A stretch of DNA of 62,527 nt, taken from contig CAZDKO010000005.1 in assembly GCA_964506075.1 (NCBI GenBank), forward strand, positions 1 to 62,527, read 5' to 3'. Positions 49,773 through 59,748 of the stretch are shown piece after piece. Position 1 is the stretch's first letter. Every line of letters begins with the position of its first letter. Position numbers and translations under genes: made by a program. Below the pieces are notes generated by a model. The model searched no databases. It saw only the letters and a list, made by a program, of their open reading frames with translations, and was not told the origin of the DNA. Source of the DNA: an uncultured bacterium (GTDB taxonomy: Bacteria > CAZDME01 > JAYEMH01).

Positions 49773-50375
49773 TTAAAGTTCTCTGATTGTCGTTTGCCGG
49801 CGGCATTTAGGACACAGGATACGGAAAGAATCAGCCCGCTGCTGGGGAGATTCAATCGGAGGAATTTCTTTAACCTCGCATAAATCTTTCTGGGAGGTAA
49901 ACATTAAAAGAGGGTTATTATAGGCATACGGACCTAATTTTTTTACTAACCAGCGAAGATGGTCTCTGGCGGTAATCGGTTCGCCGCAACAATCACAATA
50001 AATAAGTTCTTTCTCAATTTTAACCCGCGCCTCTTTCCGATTAAAAGTAGCCAGGTCATACTTTCCGGTTAACCTGACTCCTTTTTCAGTGATACAATTT
50101 ACCTGACATTGTCCACAAAAGATACAACGGTCAAGGTGTATTTCTATCCTTCTCTTACCACCCTTATTTTTAATTTCATCAATTACTTCAATAGCCCGGG
50201 CCGGGCAAACCTGACTGCAGGCCTGACAACCGACACATTCTTTTTCATCAAATTCAGGTTTACCTCTAAACCTTTCCGGAGGAACTGAAGGTTCAAAAGG
50301 AAATTTAACCGTATAAGGACCTTTAAAAATTGCCTTTAAGGCCTCTTTTAATTCCTTGACTTTAGGTAGTTTCAA
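49773..50375 (-). CDS. 2x[4Fe-4S] subunit of group 4 hydrogenase (MbhN/HycF/NuoI-like)
   Basis: YTVKFP, RGKP, CVGCQACSQVCP and CIFCGQCQVNC, plus extra CDCC and CPKC. Confidence 0.85.
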   Translation of the reverse strand: MKLPKVKELKEALKAIFKGPYTVKFPFEPSVPPERFRGKPEFDEKECVGCQACSQVCPARAIEVIDEIKNKGGKRRIEIHLDRCIFCGQCQVNCITEKGVRLTGKYDLATFNRKEARVKIEKELIYCDCCGEPITARDHLRWLVKKLGPYAYNNPLLMFTSQKDLCEVKEIPPIESPQQRADSFRILCPKCRRQTTIREL

Positions 50376-50698
50376 GATTTTTCTCCTTCATAATCATCAC
50401 AGACACTCTTTTCCCACAACTTAATTCCCGAAATATGAGCCGCTCTGGATAAAGCGTGAGCGGCCGTAGGAGAAGTCAATAAAATAAAAGCGATACACAA
50501 TAAAGCTTTAATTCCGGCAGCCGATAACCCATTTATAATAAAAACACCAAACATTATTCCACAGGTCCCCAGAGTTACAGATTTAGTCGCCGCTTGAAGA
50601 CGGTTATAAACGTCGGGAAGCCTGATTAAACCGATACAACCAAATAAATCAAAAATGACTCCCACAATTATGAATATCATTCCGACAATCTCTTGCAT
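50372..50698 (-). CDS. mnhG: Mrp antiporter subunit G-like (MnhG/MbhC)
   Basis: GLIRLPDVYNRLQAATK and PTAAHALSRAA. Confidence 0.88.
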   Translation of the reverse strand: MQEIVGMIFIIVGVIFDLFGCIGLIRLPDVYNRLQAATKSVTLGTCGIMFGVFIINGLSAAGIKALLCIAFILLTSPTAAHALSRAAHISGIKLWEKSVCDDYEGEKS

Positions 50699-50701
50699 TT
50701 T

Positions 50702-51037
50702 CTATTCCTCAAATCCTTTCTTTTCCAAATATTTCGATAAAGCCAAAGTAGCAATAAAACTCTGTAAAGCCCAGGCAATTCCAATATCTATATACCAGGC
50801 TCTCCCGGTGGAAACGCTTAATATAGCGCAAAATCCAACTACAACAATACCAAGGATGTCAACAGCAACAACCCTATCCGGAGCGGTCGGACCGGCTATA
50901 ATCCGGAAAAGACATAAAAAGCAAGCCACCATTAATATGAAGAAGCACCGGGTTAAAAAAGACACCGGGCTAACAAAAATCAAAACCATAATACTAATCA
51001 GCGTAATTAAACCTATTAACCAGCGCAGATATCTCAT
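50702..51037 (-). CDS. mnhF: Mrp antiporter subunit F-like (MnhF/MbhB)
   Basis: RIIAGPTAPDRVVAVD and FIATLALSKYL. Confidence 0.88.
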   Translation of the reverse strand: MRYLRWLIGLITLISIMVLIFVSPVSFLTRCFFILMVACFLCLFRIIAGPTAPDRVVAVDILGIVVVGFCAILSVSTGRAWYIDIGIAWALQSFIATLALSKYLEKKGFEE

Positions 51038-51528
51038 TCAAATATCCTCCTGAGGACCCGTTCAAATTTCTCGATGATTAGCTTGGTCGTTGTCTCTATA
51101 TTCCTATCCTTAACGTCAATCCAGTGAACGTAAATATAGCCGTTTACCCTATCCACGTCAACACTCATAGTGCCTGGGGTAAGAGTGATGGAATTAGCCA
51201 GGAAGGTTAAACCGGTATCAGATTTTAAATTGGTTTTAACTTTTACAATTCCGGGATTAATCGGCATTCTGGGATGAGATACTCTGAAAGCCACATCAAT
51301 ATTAGCTTTAAGGCACTCCCAGGTAAAAAGTAAAAGGTAATACACTGACCATAAATAACGTCCCGGATGTGTAAATAAATGCGGCCTTTTTACAAATAAG
51401 TCCCCCGTTAAAGAGGTAACAAACGCGGCAACTATTATTCCGACTAAAAGATTCTGCCAGTTAGGAGGCCAGGATAAACCCATCCAGACCAAAAGCCCCA
51501 AGAAAAATAATACTATTCTACTTCCCAT
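51034..51528 (-). CDS. mnhE: Mrp antiporter subunit E-like (MnhE/MbhA)
   Basis: ANIDVA, INPGIV and LANSITLTPGT. Confidence 0.9.
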   Translation of the reverse strand: MGSRIVLFFLGLLVWMGLSWPPNWQNLLVGIIVAAFVTSLTGDLFVKRPHLFTHPGRYLWSVYYLLLFTWECLKANIDVAFRVSHPRMPINPGIVKVKTNLKSDTGLTFLANSITLTPGTMSVDVDRVNGYIYVHWIDVKDRNIETTTKLIIEKFERVLRRIFE

Positions 51529-53018
51529 TATTGCACCGCCTTAAAAACAACCGTCGCGTAGCTAGAAGCTCTTAATAAAACATCGGCCGCCGGCTTTAAA
51601 AACCAATCGGCTACACCCGGCACAAGAATTATTCCACCCAGTAAACACACCAGCGCTAAAGAGAGCATAGGCAATCTCATTATCCAAGGAACTTCTTTTA
51701 TTCCTTCTACCTCTTCTTTAATCTTACTGAAAAAAGCAAATTTTTGAACCTTCATAAAAGAAGAAAGGGTCAAAATACTCCCGGCCACCGCGCAAAAAGC
51801 ATAACCCAAACGATTAGCCTGAATACAAGCGAGAATAATGATAAGCTTACTCCAGAACCCGTTAAAAGGGGGAACCCCGGAGATAGAAAAAGAAGCAATC
51901 AAATTTGTATTTGAAGTAACCGGCATTTTCTCCCTTAAATTATTCATTTCTTTTAGGTCTCTCGTCCCGGTTGAATAAACGATTGCTCCGGAGTTTAAAA
52001 ATAACAGCGATTTAAAAACCGAGTGATTGAATAGATGAAATAACCCTCCCAGAATTCCTAAAGGTGTCCCCAAACTTATCCCTAATATTATATAACCAAT
52101 CTGACTGATAGAATGATAGGCTAATAACCTTTTTAAATCCCATTGTCCGATGGCTAAAAACACCCCGGCCAATATTGAAACCGCACCTAAAAACATCAGA
52201 ATTGATAATATTTGAGGGGTAGTTCCCAAAACGTTAAAAAAGATTCTTACCAGCGCGTAAACACCCAGTGCTTTTATGAGCACCCCTGAAAGCATGGCCG
52301 ATATTGGAGCCGGCGCTGAGGGATGAGCATCCGGAAGCCAGCTGTGAAAAGGTACTATCGCCGCCTTTAAACCAAAACCAACCATAAAAAGCACCGTCAC
52401 AAAAGCCGTTATTTCCCCTCGACTTTTTTCTAAAAGACGCTGGGCCATATCAGCCATATTTAAAGTAGAAGTGTAACTGTAAAGAATAGCAATCCCCAGA
52501 AGAATAAAAATTGAAGCCAGGTTCCCCATCACCATATATTTAAAAGAAGCCTCCAGCTCTTCCTGCTCAGTGCCAAAGGCAACCAAGGCGTAGCTGGCGA
52601 TTGAAGCAATTTCTATAAAAACAAAAAGGTTAAAAAAATCTCCGGTTACCACCACGCCGTTTATGCCGGCTATCATAAGAAGCAGCAGGCAATAAAATTT
52701 CGGTTTAGCTGTATAATGCTCCATATAACCAATGGAATAAAGAGTAACGAAAAAGGCAATGAGATTAACGGTCACCAGCATTAAAACAGTCAGACTATCC
52801 ATAACTAAACAAATACCGAAAGGCGGCCCCCACTTACCAAGTGTATAAACAAGGACGCCGGAAGATTTGACCATAAATATCGCGTAAAGAGAAAAAACAA
52901 GTAATACGGCCGAAGTTAAAGCAGCCAGGACATCCGTTATCTGTTTCATCTTTTGCTTAAAAAGAGAAATTATAAAAGCGCCGGCTAAAGGCACAGCCAC
53001 GAACAACGGTAAAATCAT
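51528..53018 (-). CDS. mnhD: Mrp subunit D-like cation-translocating subunit (MnhD/MbhH)
   Basis: DFFNLFVFIEI, EASFKY, KAAIVPFHSWLPDAHPSAPAPISAMLSG and SSISQ-type AYHSISQIGY. Confidence 0.88.
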   Translation of the reverse strand: MILPLFVAVPLAGAFIISLFKQKMKQITDVLAALTSAVLLVFSLYAIFMVKSSGVLVYTLGKWGPPFGICLVMDSLTVLMLVTVNLIAFFVTLYSIGYMEHYTAKPKFYCLLLLMIAGINGVVVTGDFFNLFVFIEIASIASYALVAFGTEQEELEASFKYMVMGNLASIFILLGIAILYSYTSTLNMADMAQRLLEKSRGEITAFVTVLFMVGFGLKAAIVPFHSWLPDAHPSAPAPISAMLSGVLIKALGVYALVRIFFNVLGTTPQILSILMFLGAVSILAGVFLAIGQWDLKRLLAYHSISQIGYIILGISLGTPLGILGGLFHLFNHSVFKSLLFLNSGAIVYSTGTRDLKEMNNLREKMPVTSNTNLIASFSISGVPPFNGFWSKLIIILACIQANRLGYAFCAVAGSILTLSSFMKVQKFAFFSKIKEEVEGIKEVPWIMRLPMLSLALVCLLGGIILVPGVADWFLKPAADVLLRASSYATVVFKAVQ

Positions 53019-53021
53019 CTA

Positions 53022-53357
53022 TTATCCTTTCAACTTATTTATCTTGGTTACGTCAAAAGTGCCGTATTTATCGTAAAGCCTTATGGCAATAGCTACCATT
53101 AAGGCCGTAACTGCCAGACCGATTACAATGGAAGTTAGAACTATTGCTTGAGGCAGAGGGTCAACCATGTTTTCAATAAGCTGGACAGGATCGTGCAAGG
53201 GTGCCCGGCCTCTGGCGCGATAACCGGCTATCACGAAAAATAAATTCACGGCATATTCCATAATAAGAAACCCGATTATAATCTTAATCAGTTTCTTTTT
53301 AACGACTACACAATAAATTCCAATTGAGAATAGAACAAAACACATCAAATAGATCAT
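53022..53357 (-). CDS. mnhC: Mrp subunit C-like (MnhC/MbhG)
   Basis: KLIKIIIG and DPLPQAIVLTSIVIG. Confidence 0.9.
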   Translation of the reverse strand: MIYLMCFVLFSIGIYCVVVKKKLIKIIIGFLIMEYAVNLFFVIAGYRARGRAPLHDPVQLIENMVDPLPQAIVLTSIVIGLAVTALMVAIAIRLYDKYGTFDVTKINKLKG

Positions 53358-53803
53358 TTTCGGTCGCCTCCGATTTTAAGAAGTATCAAAACTATAAAGA
53401 TGGCGAATAATCCGGCTCCCACTTTACAGCTAATGGCGATATTACATAAAGGAATAATTCCGGCGCTAAAAATGTGAAAAGGCTCTCCCTTATTCTTAAA
53501 GAAATTGAAAAAGAAATATCCCCCGACAAATCCCAAAAGAGCAATTCCCAAAAACATAATCGCTCCGATACTCTCTAAAAAAGAAGCCCGGGTCTCATTT
53601 AACTTTTTAAAAGTGGGACCTGAACCAAAAGCCAGCAGCACATTGATAAAAGCCAGAGCAATCATTACCCCTCCGGCAAATCCTCCGCCGGGACTGATAT
53701 GTCCATGAAGAATAATGTAAAAACCAAAAATAAGGATTAAACCGACCGTAAGTCTGCTAACAGTCTTGACAATAAAGGTCATTCCAATCTTCTTACTCTT
53801 CAT
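53354..53803 (-). CDS. mnhB: Mrp subunit B-like (MnhB/MbhF)
   Basis: GHISPGGGFAGG. The ATG at 53803 is preferred over the TTG at 53821. Confidence 0.88.
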   Translation of the reverse strand: MKSKKIGMTFIVKTVSRLTVGLILIFGFYIILHGHISPGGGFAGGVMIALAFINVLLAFGSGPTFKKLNETRASFLESIGAIMFLGIALLGFVGGYFFFNFFKNKGEPFHIFSAGIIPLCNIAISCKVGAGLFAIFIVLILLKIGGDRK

Positions 53804-54356
53804 TCTTGTTTTTCCTTCCAACCTTTCTTAAAACCACAAAAACGCCAATTACCGCCGTAAAAAGAACGGTCGCTTCCCCCAGGGTATCAAAAGCGCGGAA
53901 ATCTAAAATGACCGAAGATACCAAATTAGTTGCGCCGGTCTCTTTTAATCCTTCTTTGATATATTCACTTGAAACTTTCATCAAAGGTTCGCCAAAGGGG
54001 GGTAATTCCCTGAGTGCCTTCCAGGAAAAAAACAGAAACAACACAATAAAAATACAAATTAAAACCAGCTTCAAGATTTCTCTTTTCTTCTCAAGCTTGG
54101 TCGTATCTCTTCTTATGGTTGCCCCGACCAGTATAATCAGACAAAGAATTTCTACCACTATCTGGACAATAGCTAAATCCGGCGCCTTAAGAAGAAGAAA
54201 AGCCAAAGATAAGCCTAAGCCTACCGCCCCAACCGCAATTACCGAAGAAAAAAGATCCTTCATTCTTACGGCCGCTAAAGCTCCTATAATCATAAATAAC
54301 AGAAGCGGATAAAGCTCAAATCCGGTATCTAAAGTAACAAAATTAAAAGTATGCAT
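53793..54356 (-). CDS. DUF4040 + MbhE-like subunit (MrpA C-terminal part; MbhD/E fusion)
   Basis: APDLAIVQIVVE and NLVSSVILDFRAFDTLGEATVLF. Confidence 0.82.
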   Translation of the reverse strand: MHTFNFVTLDTGFELYPLLLFMIIGALAAVRMKDLFSSVIAVGAVGLGLSLAFLLLKAPDLAIVQIVVEILCLIILVGATIRRDTTKLEKKREILKLVLICIFIVLFLFFSWKALRELPPFGEPLMKVSSEYIKEGLKETGATNLVSSVILDFRAFDTLGEATVLFTAVIGVFVVLRKVGRKNKNEE

Positions 54357-54363
54357 CCTGTTT

Positions 54364-56190
54364 TCACCTTAATAAAATCAAAAATATAGCCGCCATGCCT
54401 AAAAAACACCAGATCAGATAAGTGGATAATATCCCGGAATGGATTTTCCTTAAACCGGCGCTTATCCAGAAAACCAGATTTTTCCCCTGTTCGTAAACAT
54501 CAAAATATTTTGCTTCTGCGGCCCGGTAAATTTTTTTAAATATCTTAAAATCTTTTATAGTTTCATAAAAATCTACACCCGTTACTCTATTTTCAACATC
54601 AAGCGTTTCTCCTCCGGTATAAGCTTCATCTTCCCGGGTGAGGCTGAATTTTCCTAACACATAAATTATAAAACCCAGAGCTAACCCCATAATAATTAAA
54701 CCCGTGGCTAACGGCGCATCCCAGAATCCCATAAGAACAGTTTCTTTGCCAACGACGGGATTGATAAAATATCTCAAAGGAAGCCTGAGAGCAAAAATCC
54801 CGAATAACAAGCATAGACCGGCAAGAATCATCATCGGTACAAACATCGTCCCGTTAACCTCTTTAACATTCGATTTATAACCGGGATCAGACTGGCCTAA
54901 AAATACCGCGTGAATGATTTTCATAAATGAGGCCAGGGTTAAAGCACTGCCGAATACCGCCGCCGATAACCAGATAACCCAGAACTTATCTCCCTGCGTC
55001 CCTAATTCGATTATGCCCTGATATATTAACCATTTGGAAACAAAACCATTAAAAGGGGGCACCCCGGAAATAGCCAAGGCGGCAATAAAGGTAGAAATAA
55101 AAGTTATCGGCATAAACCGCGAAAGACCCCCCAATCTGTCCAATGAAGTCGTCTTGGTTTCTATTTCAACTCCCCCGGCCGTAAAAAATAAACATGATTT
55201 ATAGATGGCGTGATTCAGCATATGGAAAAGTCCGCCGATAATACCGATGGGAAGACCACTGCCCACGCCTAAAATCATATAACCGACCTGGCTGACGGCA
55301 TGATAAGCCAGTAGTTTTTTTAAGTCGTGCTGAATTAAAGCCATCATCACCGCCGCAATGATAGTCCCCGCTCCAATAATCATCAACACGTAAAACATAG
55401 AAGAAGCAATATCAATCTTAAAAATATCCAGGCAGATGCGGGTTAAGAAATAAATTCCCAGAAGCTTATCCAGAGAAGCCGGCAGGAAAGCCATTACCGG
55501 TGTAGGTGCAACCTGACTTGAATCAGGAATCCAGGAATGTAAAGGAATTGCTCCGGCCTTGGCTAAAGCCGCCGCCAGTAAACTTAAAAAAGCCACTATC
55601 AACACCGGTTCATTTAAGGGTAAATTTAAATCCATTAGAGATAAACTTCGACTTTTAACCCAAATAATACCTAAACCAAAAATCAATAAACAGTCTGCCC
55701 CACCGACAATAATAAAAGATTTTTTAGCGGCCGTAGATGCCTTTGAACCGCCTAAACCGATTAAAACGTATAGAGTCAACCCGGATAATCCCCAAAAAAT
55801 TAAAAAAAGCAGACTGTTTTTCGCCAGAAGAACCCCCATGGCCGCACCCACGGTTAAAAGAATGTAAGCATAATATTCATTAAGCCTGGGTATATTTTTC
55901 ATATAGCCCAACGAATAAAAAACGGTCAGTACCCCAAAAAGACCGATAAAAGGTAAAATAAATCCGTTTAAATTATCCAGATGTAAATTAACTAAAGGGA
56001 AAACCTCCCAGATAAAATCAAGAGGCCTTTTCAAGAATAAAACACCGGCTAACACAAAAGTAATCAGAGTCCCTAAGAGCGCGATGATTTCACCGGTAAC
56101 CCTGGCTTTCTGCGGAATCAGAAACAAAGAGATTAACCCGCTAACTAACGGCAATATAAAAGATGCAATTAATAATGTGGAATTATCCAT
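54364..56190 (-). CDS. Second antiporter-like subunit (MrpA/NuoL/MbsH'-like, 608 aa)
   Basis: KAGAIPLHSWIPD, AYHAVSQVGY and GVPPFNGFVSK. Confidence 0.85.
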   Translation of the reverse strand: MDNSTLLIASFILPLVSGLISLFLIPQKARVTGEIIALLGTLITFVLAGVLFLKRPLDFIWEVFPLVNLHLDNLNGFILPFIGLFGVLTVFYSLGYMKNIPRLNEYYAYILLTVGAAMGVLLAKNSLLFLIFWGLSGLTLYVLIGLGGSKASTAAKKSFIIVGGADCLLIFGLGIIWVKSRSLSLMDLNLPLNEPVLIVAFLSLLAAALAKAGAIPLHSWIPDSSQVAPTPVMAFLPASLDKLLGIYFLTRICLDIFKIDIASSMFYVLMIIGAGTIIAAVMMALIQHDLKKLLAYHAVSQVGYMILGVGSGLPIGIIGGLFHMLNHAIYKSCLFFTAGGVEIETKTTSLDRLGGLSRFMPITFISTFIAALAISGVPPFNGFVSKWLIYQGIIELGTQGDKFWVIWLSAAVFGSALTLASFMKIIHAVFLGQSDPGYKSNVKEVNGTMFVPMMILAGLCLLFGIFALRLPLRYFINPVVGKETVLMGFWDAPLATGLIIMGLALGFIIYVLGKFSLTREDEAYTGGETLDVENRVTGVDFYETIKDFKIFKKIYRAAEAKYFDVYEQGKNLVFWISAGLRKIHSGILSTYLIWCFLGMAAIFLILLR

Positions 56191-57380
56191 TATTTTCTTT
56201 TACTCTTTTGTAAACTATAGGTTTTTTCCTGCGATAAACGGATTAAATCTTCTCCGTTTAACGTTGTCTTACCGGTATTTACGTCAATCACTACCGCTCT
56301 TTCCGTACAACAATAACAGGGGTCTACCGCCGCTAATATTATAGCGGCATCGGAAATAGTCCCTCCTACGGCCGTTATTTTATTGGTCGCTACATTCATG
56401 TAACTGGGCGCCCTGACTTTATAACGCATCGGCCGATTGGTACCGTCGCTGCGAATATAATGAAAAACCTCACCCCGGGGCGCCTCGGCGCGCCCGATCC
56501 CTTCTCCCGCCGGCAATTCTTTTATCTTGGCGTCAATTTCTCCGGCCGGCATTTTATGAAGACATTGCTGAATAATTTTAACCGATTCCGTCATTTCCCA
56601 GATTCTTACCATCAACTTGGCAAAAATATCTCCATCCGGATGGGTTATTAATTTCCAGTCAACTTTATCATAGGCGGCATAGGGGTCATCCTTACGAACA
56701 TCAATAGCGACGCCTGAAGCTCTGGCTATCGGCCCCAAGGCCCCGAACCGAAAACAATCTTCTTTGCTTAAAATGCCTATCCCCTTTGTCCTGGCACCAA
56801 TCACCGGGTCATCGCTAACCGCTTTTTCAAACATATTGATTATCGGTATTAATTCTACCATCTGTTTATTTATCCAGGGGATGTCATCTTTATCAATATC
56901 CTGTCTGACCCCCCCAACTTTCATCATGGCATAACTCTGTCTATTACCGGTAATTTTCTCAAAAATATCCAGGACCGGCTCCCGATATTTCCAGGCCCAC
57001 ATCCAGACGGTGTTGTATCCCAGAAAATGCCCGGCCAGTCCCAACCAGAGCAGATGACTATGAATCCTTTCCAGTTCGGCAATAATTGTCCGGATATATT
57101 TTGCTCTTTCCGGGATTTCAATCTGACCCAAATCCTCCATAGCATTAACTGCCGCAACCGGATGGCTGGTGGAACAAATCCCGCAGATCCTCTCCACCAG
57201 AAAAACCACCTGGTCGTAAGATTTTGATTCAGCTATTTTTTCTATCCCTCTATGGTTATATCCAATGTGAATATCCAGGTCAACCACCTTTTCACCTTCT
57301 ACATAGAGTTTAAAAAATTCTGGTTCCTCCTGTAGGGGGTGATAAGGACCAATGGGAATAACCGTCCTCTTTGCCATCAA
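56190..57380 (-). CDS. Group 4 [NiFe]-hydrogenase large subunit (MbhL/EchE-like)
   Basis: L1 motif ERICGIC and L2 motif DPCYCCTER give all four Ni-ligating Cys positions; ~35-aa cleavable C-terminal extension; EAPRGE. Confidence 0.9.
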   Translation of the reverse strand: MMAKRTVIPIGPYHPLQEEPEFFKLYVEGEKVVDLDIHIGYNHRGIEKIAESKSYDQVVFLVERICGICSTSHPVAAVNAMEDLGQIEIPERAKYIRTIIAELERIHSHLLWLGLAGHFLGYNTVWMWAWKYREPVLDIFEKITGNRQSYAMMKVGGVRQDIDKDDIPWINKQMVELIPIINMFEKAVSDDPVIGARTKGIGILSKEDCFRFGALGPIARASGVAIDVRKDDPYAAYDKVDWKLITHPDGDIFAKLMVRIWEMTESVKIIQQCLHKMPAGEIDAKIKELPAGEGIGRAEAPRGEVFHYIRSDGTNRPMRYKVRAPSYMNVATNKITAVGGTISDAAIILAAVDPCYCCTERAVVIDVNTGKTTLNGEDLIRLSQEKTYSLQKSKRK

Positions 57381-57823
57381 TCTTTCTCCTTATAGTCTCT
57401 CCGCAAGGGAAACTTTCCTTCCGGCCAATCCTCACTCATCAAAAGTCTCCCCGAATTCGGGTGATTACGAAACTTAACCCCCAAGAGTTCCCGAATCTCC
57501 ATTTCAATCCATTCCGCCCCTTTAATAATCGGGGTGATTGATTCAATTTCAGGGGTAGGCTTGGGTAAAATTACCCTTAGAGAAATTATCAATCCATACC
57601 GGTCAAAACTAAAATGGTAAAGTATCTCTATTGCTTTAGGAGTGTCCACCCCGGAAGCAATTACAAATCTGGCCGTTAAATCAGTAAACAGAAATTTAAC
57701 CAGGTTTATCAAATCTTTTTTATCAATATCAATATAAATGCGTTTATCTGATTTATCGTCCCAGTGTAATATAACCAAATTAAATCTATGCTTTATCTTA
57801 TCGAGGATTTCTTTTTTTTCCAT
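57377..57823 (-). CDS. Group 4 hydrogenase NuoC/MbhK-like subunit
   Basis: EILYHF, AEWIEMEIRELLGVKFRNHP and WPEGKFPLRRD. Confidence 0.88.
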   Translation of the reverse strand: MEKKEILDKIKHRFNLVILHWDDKSDKRIYIDIDKKDLINLVKFLFTDLTARFVIASGVDTPKAIEILYHFSFDRYGLIISLRVILPKPTPEIESITPIIKGAEWIEMEIRELLGVKFRNHPNSGRLLMSEDWPEGKFPLRRDYKEKD

Positions 57824-57827
57824 TGAT

Positions 57828-58247
57828 TTATTTTCCTATCTTCCCCAGGGCTTTTACTACCCCGGCAATAATAGCTTCTGGTTTCGGCGGACAACCGGGA
57901 ACATATACGTCAACAGGAATTACTTCATCCACCGGTATGGGGGTGTTGTAACCATCTTTAAATATACCCTGGTCGCAGGAGCAGGCTCCAAAAGCCACCA
58001 CCACCCGGGGTTTAGGCATCTGTTCATAAATTTTTTTTATCCGGGCCGTAGCCTTTCTGGTAACCGCACCGGTAACCAATAAAACATCGGCATGGCGGAT
58101 GCTTCCGACCAGCATTATGCCAAATCTTTCTATATCAAACCGCGGGGTAAGGCAATCAAGAATTTCAATATCACAGTTATTACAGGAACCGGTAGCCAGA
58201 TGAAAAACCCAGGGGGATTTCTGAAGTGCCTTTAACCTGAAATTCAT
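57828..58247 (-). CDS. Group 4 hydrogenase small subunit (MbhJ/NuoB-like)
   Basis: GSCNNCDIE, RHADVLLVTG, FGACS and VPGCPPKP. Confidence 0.9.
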   Translation of the reverse strand: MNFRLKALQKSPWVFHLATGSCNNCDIEILDCLTPRFDIERFGIMLVGSIRHADVLLVTGAVTRKATARIKKIYEQMPKPRVVVAFGACSCDQGIFKDGYNTPIPVDEVIPVDVYVPGCPPKPEAIIAGVVKALGKIGK

Positions 58248-58273
58248 AAAGCAGTATTCCTCTTCTGTTTAAA

Positions 58274-59209
58274 TTAATAACCTAACGTAGCCAGGATAAC
58301 TCCGATAACCGCTAAAACAGTCATCGGTCCCCAGAAAAATTTAAGCGCCTGGTCAATTCTAACGCGGGGGTTGGTATTTTTAATAAGAATGATAATTATC
58401 AATATAGTAATATATTTACCGATGCCTTTAAGTAAAGCTAAAAATATACCTCGGGAAAAATCAAGCCCCCCCCAAAAAACAATTATCAGAAAAAGGGGCA
58501 GAATATAAAGTAGAATGGATTTAGTTAGTTTAAACACCGCCAACGGTGCCCCGGAATAATCTATTAAAGCTCCACCCATAATTTCGGTTTCGGCTTCCGG
58601 TAAATCAAAAGGCACTAAAGCAAGCTTGGCCTGGACACACATCAGCGCCACTATAAAAGCCAGAATCCCGGAAGGATTTTTTAAAAACATTCCGTGGCTT
58701 AATTGAAAGTTTATCAGGTCACCCAACCTGATACTTCCCCCTTTAATAATAGCCACCAACATTACCAGAATAAACGGAAGTTCATAAGCCATAATTAACT
58801 TCATTTCTCTGGAAGCTCCCAGGGAAGCCAAGGGATTGCCCGAAGAGGCCCCCCCGATAATAATAGCCAGAGACGGTATAATCAAAAGATAAATCACGAC
58901 AATTAAATCACCGATAAAACCTTTCTGGGGGGAAAAAGTTGTTACTCCCAGAAGAGTCGCAATCAATATCACCGCGGCTAACCCGAATAAAGGGGCCATT
59001 AAAAAAGTAATCTTCCCGGAACCTCGCGGCACAATTACTTCCTTGCCCAGAAGCTTGATTATATCATAAACCGGCTGGAGCAACGGCGGTCCGACCCGCC
59101 ACTGAATTCGGGCGGTAATCTTCCGGTCAAGCCAGCTGGCTAAAAGTCCTACCGCTGAAGCAAAGAGAAAACCGGGAAAAATAAAAAAGTTAAAAATTAA
59201 AGTGCTCAT
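58274..59209 (-). CDS. NuoH/MbhM-like membrane subunit
   Basis: RKITARIQWRVGPPLLQP, GASRE, PFDLPEAETE and PRVRIDQ. Confidence 0.9.
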   Translation of the reverse strand: MSTLIFNFFIFPGFLFASAVGLLASWLDRKITARIQWRVGPPLLQPVYDIIKLLGKEVIVPRGSGKITFLMAPLFGLAAVILIATLLGVTTFSPQKGFIGDLIVVIYLLIIPSLAIIIGGASSGNPLASLGASREMKLIMAYELPFILVMLVAIIKGGSIRLGDLINFQLSHGMFLKNPSGILAFIVALMCVQAKLALVPFDLPEAETEIMGGALIDYSGAPLAVFKLTKSILLYILPLFLIIVFWGGLDFSRGIFLALLKGIGKYITILIIIILIKNTNPRVRIDQALKFFWGPMTVLAVIGVILATLGY

Positions 59210-59709
59210 TTTTTCTTACTCGCTTTCGGTTCCCTGCCCCATAAACGACAATGAACGACTAAATTATCCCCAATCAGATATTCATCCTTTTCCTCATCAG
59301 CTCCAAACTCCCCGTATTTTAACGCCCCGTAAGGACAGGAAGTAACACACAGGGGTTTCCTGCCTCCATCACACCGGTCAAGACAATAGTCACATTGTGA
59401 AACCGCATAAGGAATAAACTCTGGCAGAATCGTCCCAAAAGGACAAGCAAAAGCGCAGGAATTACATTTAACGCAGCGCAAATTATATCTCTTTAAAATT
59501 TTATTTTCCTGTTTTTCCAATGCTTCCCGGGGACAAGCTTTGACACAACTTCCTTCTTTACATTGACGACAAATAGTGGCATAAGAAGCCAATTCCCTTA
59601 AAGAAGTAACGCCGTTATTGCCCGGGTGATAGAAATAGCTACATTCTATAACACATTTCGGACATTCGCTACAGATATCTAAATCTATATATAATCTTTT
59701 TTTAGACAT
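59206..59709 (-). CDS. Polyferredoxin (HycB/DmsB-like)
   Basis: Four Cys clusters, including CRQCKEGSCVKACP, CVKCNSCAFACP and CDYC...CVTSCP. Confidence 0.82.
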   Translation of the reverse strand: MSKKRLYIDLDICSECPKCVIECSYFYHPGNNGVTSLRELASYATICRQCKEGSCVKACPREALEKQENKILKRYNLRCVKCNSCAFACPFGTILPEFIPYAVSQCDYCLDRCDGGRKPLCVTSCPYGALKYGEFGADEEKDEYLIGDNLVVHCRLWGREPKASKKK

Positions 59710-59748
59710 GTGTTTTTAACCTGAAAAATAATCCTGCCCGGACTGGCT

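Noticed and set aside
54364-59209. NADH dehydrogenase (complex I, nuo) genes
   Set aside because: The large subunit has both NiFe-binding CxxC motifs and a cleavable tail, and hycI and hypA are in the operon.
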